64,000 nucleotides of DNA from assembly GCF_902713615.1 (NCBI RefSeq), contig NC_052158.1, forward strand, positions 39,113,729 through 39,177,728, written 5' to 3'. The first letter of the stretch is position 1. The number at the start of each line of letters is the position of its first letter. The position numbers and the translations under genes were made by a program. The DNA is from Scyliorhinus canicula. Its lineage: Eukaryota. Below the pieces are notes generated by a model. That model ran no database searches and was not told where the DNA came from. It saw nothing but the letters and a program-made list of their open reading frames with translations. Below are positions 61,290 through 64,000 of this stretch, piece by piece.

Positions 61290-61970
61290 CAGTGCAGAAG
61301 GAGGCCATTCAGCCCATTGAGTCTGCACTGACCAACAGAAAGAGCAACTGACTAGGCCCACTCCCCTGCCCGATCGCCGTGACCTCAAAGCCCCAACTAA
61401 CCTGCACATCTTTGGACATTAAGGGCCAATTTAGCGTGGCCAATCCACCTAACCTGCACATCTTTGGGTTATGGGAGTGAGATCCACGCAGACACGGGGA
61501 GACCTGCACATCTTTGGACTGTGGGAAGAATCCGGAGGAAACCAATGCAGTCACGTGGAGAAAGTGCAAACTCCACACAGACAGTCACCCAAGATTGGAA
61601 TCGAACCCGGATCCCTGGCAGCCTGAGACAGCAGTGCTAACCACTGTGCCACCTTGTCACTCAAATTGAAATAAAAAAGGGGGCTATCTTGGTATCATAG
61701 ACAAATTTACTTAGGATACATTTGCTCCATCCAAGTCATTGATATAGATTGTTGCAGTAAGAAGTCTTACAACACCAGGTTAAAGTCCGACAGGTTTGTT
61801 ACAAATCACTAGCTATCGGAGCACAGCTCCTTCCTCGGGTGAATGTTTCACCTGAGGAAGGAGCTGCGCTCCGAAAACTCGTGTTTGAAACAAACCTGTT
61901 GGACTTTAACCTGGTGTTGTAAGACTTCTTACTGTGCTCACCCCAGTCCAACACCGGCATCTCCACATCA
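61290..61970. mobile_element. V-SINE (minus, 61290-61660) and inverted PLE pseudo-LTR pair (61756-61970) with a hammerhead-like motif at 61849-61883
   Basis: Matches to the other copies. The hammerhead core is intact but stem III is non-palindromic (GAAAACTC). Confidence 0.75.
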
Positions 61971-62276
61971 TAGATTGTTAGGTAATTGAGGGCACAGTTT
62001 GGGTTCCTGTGGACACCCACTAGTTAGTTTACCAATCTGAAAACTACCCATATATTCCTACTCTCTATATCCTTCTATAACCTCCCCAATACTGGATTCC
62101 AGCAGATTCCCAATGACAGATGTTCAGCTAATTGGCCTACATATCCTTGCTTTCTCTCTCTCCCACTTTCTTGAATTAAGGCGTTAAGTTTGTTATTTTT
62201 CAATCCACCGGAACCGTTCCAGAATCTGGAATCTTGGAAGATTATAACCAAATACGTCTGCTATTTGTGTCACCAT

Positions 62277-62927
62277 GGCCGGGATTCTCCTAGACTCCGT
62301 GCCAAAATCGCGCCCGGCGCGGGGACGAAGAATGGGGCCTCAGATCCACAATTGAGTCCAAAGCTGGGACGTGATTCTCCGGCAACCAGAGAATCGCCGC
62401 CAGCCGCGTGCAAGTAGTCGACGGGGTGCCGGGCGGGGGCCATTGAAACAGACCCCCACGGCGATTCTCTGCGGTCGACCGGCCAAGATCCAACATGAGT
62501 CCACCTGGCAGGAGCTCCGACTTGCAGCCACAGTGGCCGTCCTGGTAGGGGGGTGGGGCTATCAGACTCTGAGGGGGGGGGCGGGGGCTTCACGATGGCC
62601 AGGCCCGAGATCGGGGGCCACCGATCGGCACGGCGTGTGATCTGGAGGGGGGTGGGGCCTAGTTTCCTCTGCATCAGCCCGCTGGGTGGTTCCGCCATGT
62701 TGCGCGGGCATGACACGGAAGCGGTTGCCATGCGCATATGCTGAACCGCACCCAGCAGTGCAGCGCCGCGTATTGGTGCTGGGGCTGCGTGGAGCACTCC
62801 GGCACCATGCTGGCCCCCTGTGGGCTACAGAATCGCTGGGCCAAGAGGCCCGTTGATGCTGGCATGAAACACACCGGTGTTTAGGCCGGCGTCAATGCTT
62901 AGCCGCGTTTTTGCAGAATCTCAGCCC
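62277..62927. mobile_element. GC-rich TIR element (MITE-like)
   Basis: GGCCGGGATTCTCC ... GCAGAATCTCAGCCC; homologous to the other copies. Confidence 0.75.
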
Positions 62928-63821
62928 ATATCGTTTAAGGCCTTAGAACGCAGACCATCTGCTCCAGGGGACTTGTCAGCCCTGAGGCCTAATCATTTTT
63001 CTAGTACCCTTTCCAAGGTGACAGAGATTGTACTAAGTTAGTCCCTCACTATCATTTCCTGCTTTTCAAGAATCTTTGGGAACTCTTCTAAGCCGTCTAC
63101 CGTGAAGACCGACACAAAATTCTTGTTTGACGCCCCTGCCATTTCTTTGCTTTCCAATATCATTTCCCCAGACTCACCTCCCAGCATTCCAATAACTGGT
63201 TTAGTTGTGCTTTTCCTATTCAAATACTTGGAGAAATGTTTACTATCTGTTTTTATATTACTGGCTAGCTCTCTCTTATGCTCTGTTTTATTGTCTCTTT
63301 ATTATCTTTTAGGTCATTCTTTGTTGGTTCTTACAATCTGTCCGATCCTTGGACTTACCTATGAGGCAGCAGTGCTAACCACTGTGCCACCGTGCTGCCA
63401 CTCCCAACTACACGAGTATCTGTTCCCCTGACTATACTGTCTCCCATCATCACCCCATTCCTCCTCACCCCCAGTCAATCTATAGGGTGCCATCAAGAAC
63501 CACGATCTGTCCACCTTACAGCCCCACAGAATCATCATCAATGGTATCTCTGCCTGCCCCTCGCACTGTTACCTCTGATGTTCCTCTTCCTGTTTGGCAT
63601 CTACATGCTTCCCCATGGTGACAACAGCTTTCATTTTTTTATATGAGTACTGAAGGCATCCAACGCAGCCTCATCGCCACCTCTCTCAACTCCTCCATTG
63701 TTGCGATATTACCAGAACACTCATCCGGAATCCAGCATTGGGTGAACCAAAAGTGCCTCCAGTTAAATATTGGGAAGGCAGCAGATGGATGTCTTGCGGT
63801 GCAGTGGATACCGTCCCTACC

Positions 63822-64000
63822 TCTGAGCCAGCAGCTCCGGATTTGATTCCCACTCCCAGGACTTGATGGCCAAGGAAGGCGTGTTCATAATGCGGCTAAA
63901 CAGATCGCATGTCAACCTACCAAATCCTTCCGACACGCCAATGGCTGGTGGTAAGAGCGGGAGATACTCCTGGTTAGCCACGCTTGATGTGGAGTGGAGC
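63822..64000 (+). mobile_element. tRNA-derived SINE 5' part, truncated by the window edge
   Basis: A-box-like GCGGTGCAGTGG and B-box-like GATTTGATTCCC. Confidence 0.45.

Noticed and set aside
5535-63990. tRNA genes
   Set aside because: The A/B-box sequences are SINE heads continuing into SINE bodies, with no complete cloverleaf or terminator.

Overview
Repeat-dense vertebrate genomic DNA, most likely a cartilaginous fish such as a catshark (inferred from V-SINE/HE1-like SINEs, CR1 LINEs and shark-type MHC/TRIM exons). Host genes are all on the minus strand: (1) the first coding exon (RING + B-box) of a TRIM gene at 7153-7566 with an ISRE just upstream; (2) a pseudogenised PRY-SPRY/B30.2 terminal exon at 28487-28970; (3) four exons of a very divergent MHC class I-like gene (alpha2, alpha3 Ig-C1, TM, cytoplasmic; 46621-55164), whose alpha1/leader exons are not in the window. 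The rest is mobile DNA: a nearly complete but inactivated L1 (1-5363); a second 5' L1 piece; an old L1 carrying a tRNA-His-primed ERV that itself carries a full Gypsy element; a second full Gypsy (56348-60914); four solo LTRs with TSDs; a CR1 ORF2; Penelope-like fragments with minimal hammerhead ribozymes; GC-rich TIR elements; and many SINEs. A 9.5-kb array of about 220 copies of a 43-bp CpG-rich unit (29799-39260) has expanded inside the end of one TIR element. No CRISPR, rRNA or bona fide tRNA genes were found. Coordinates and counts were read by eye and no database searches were run.
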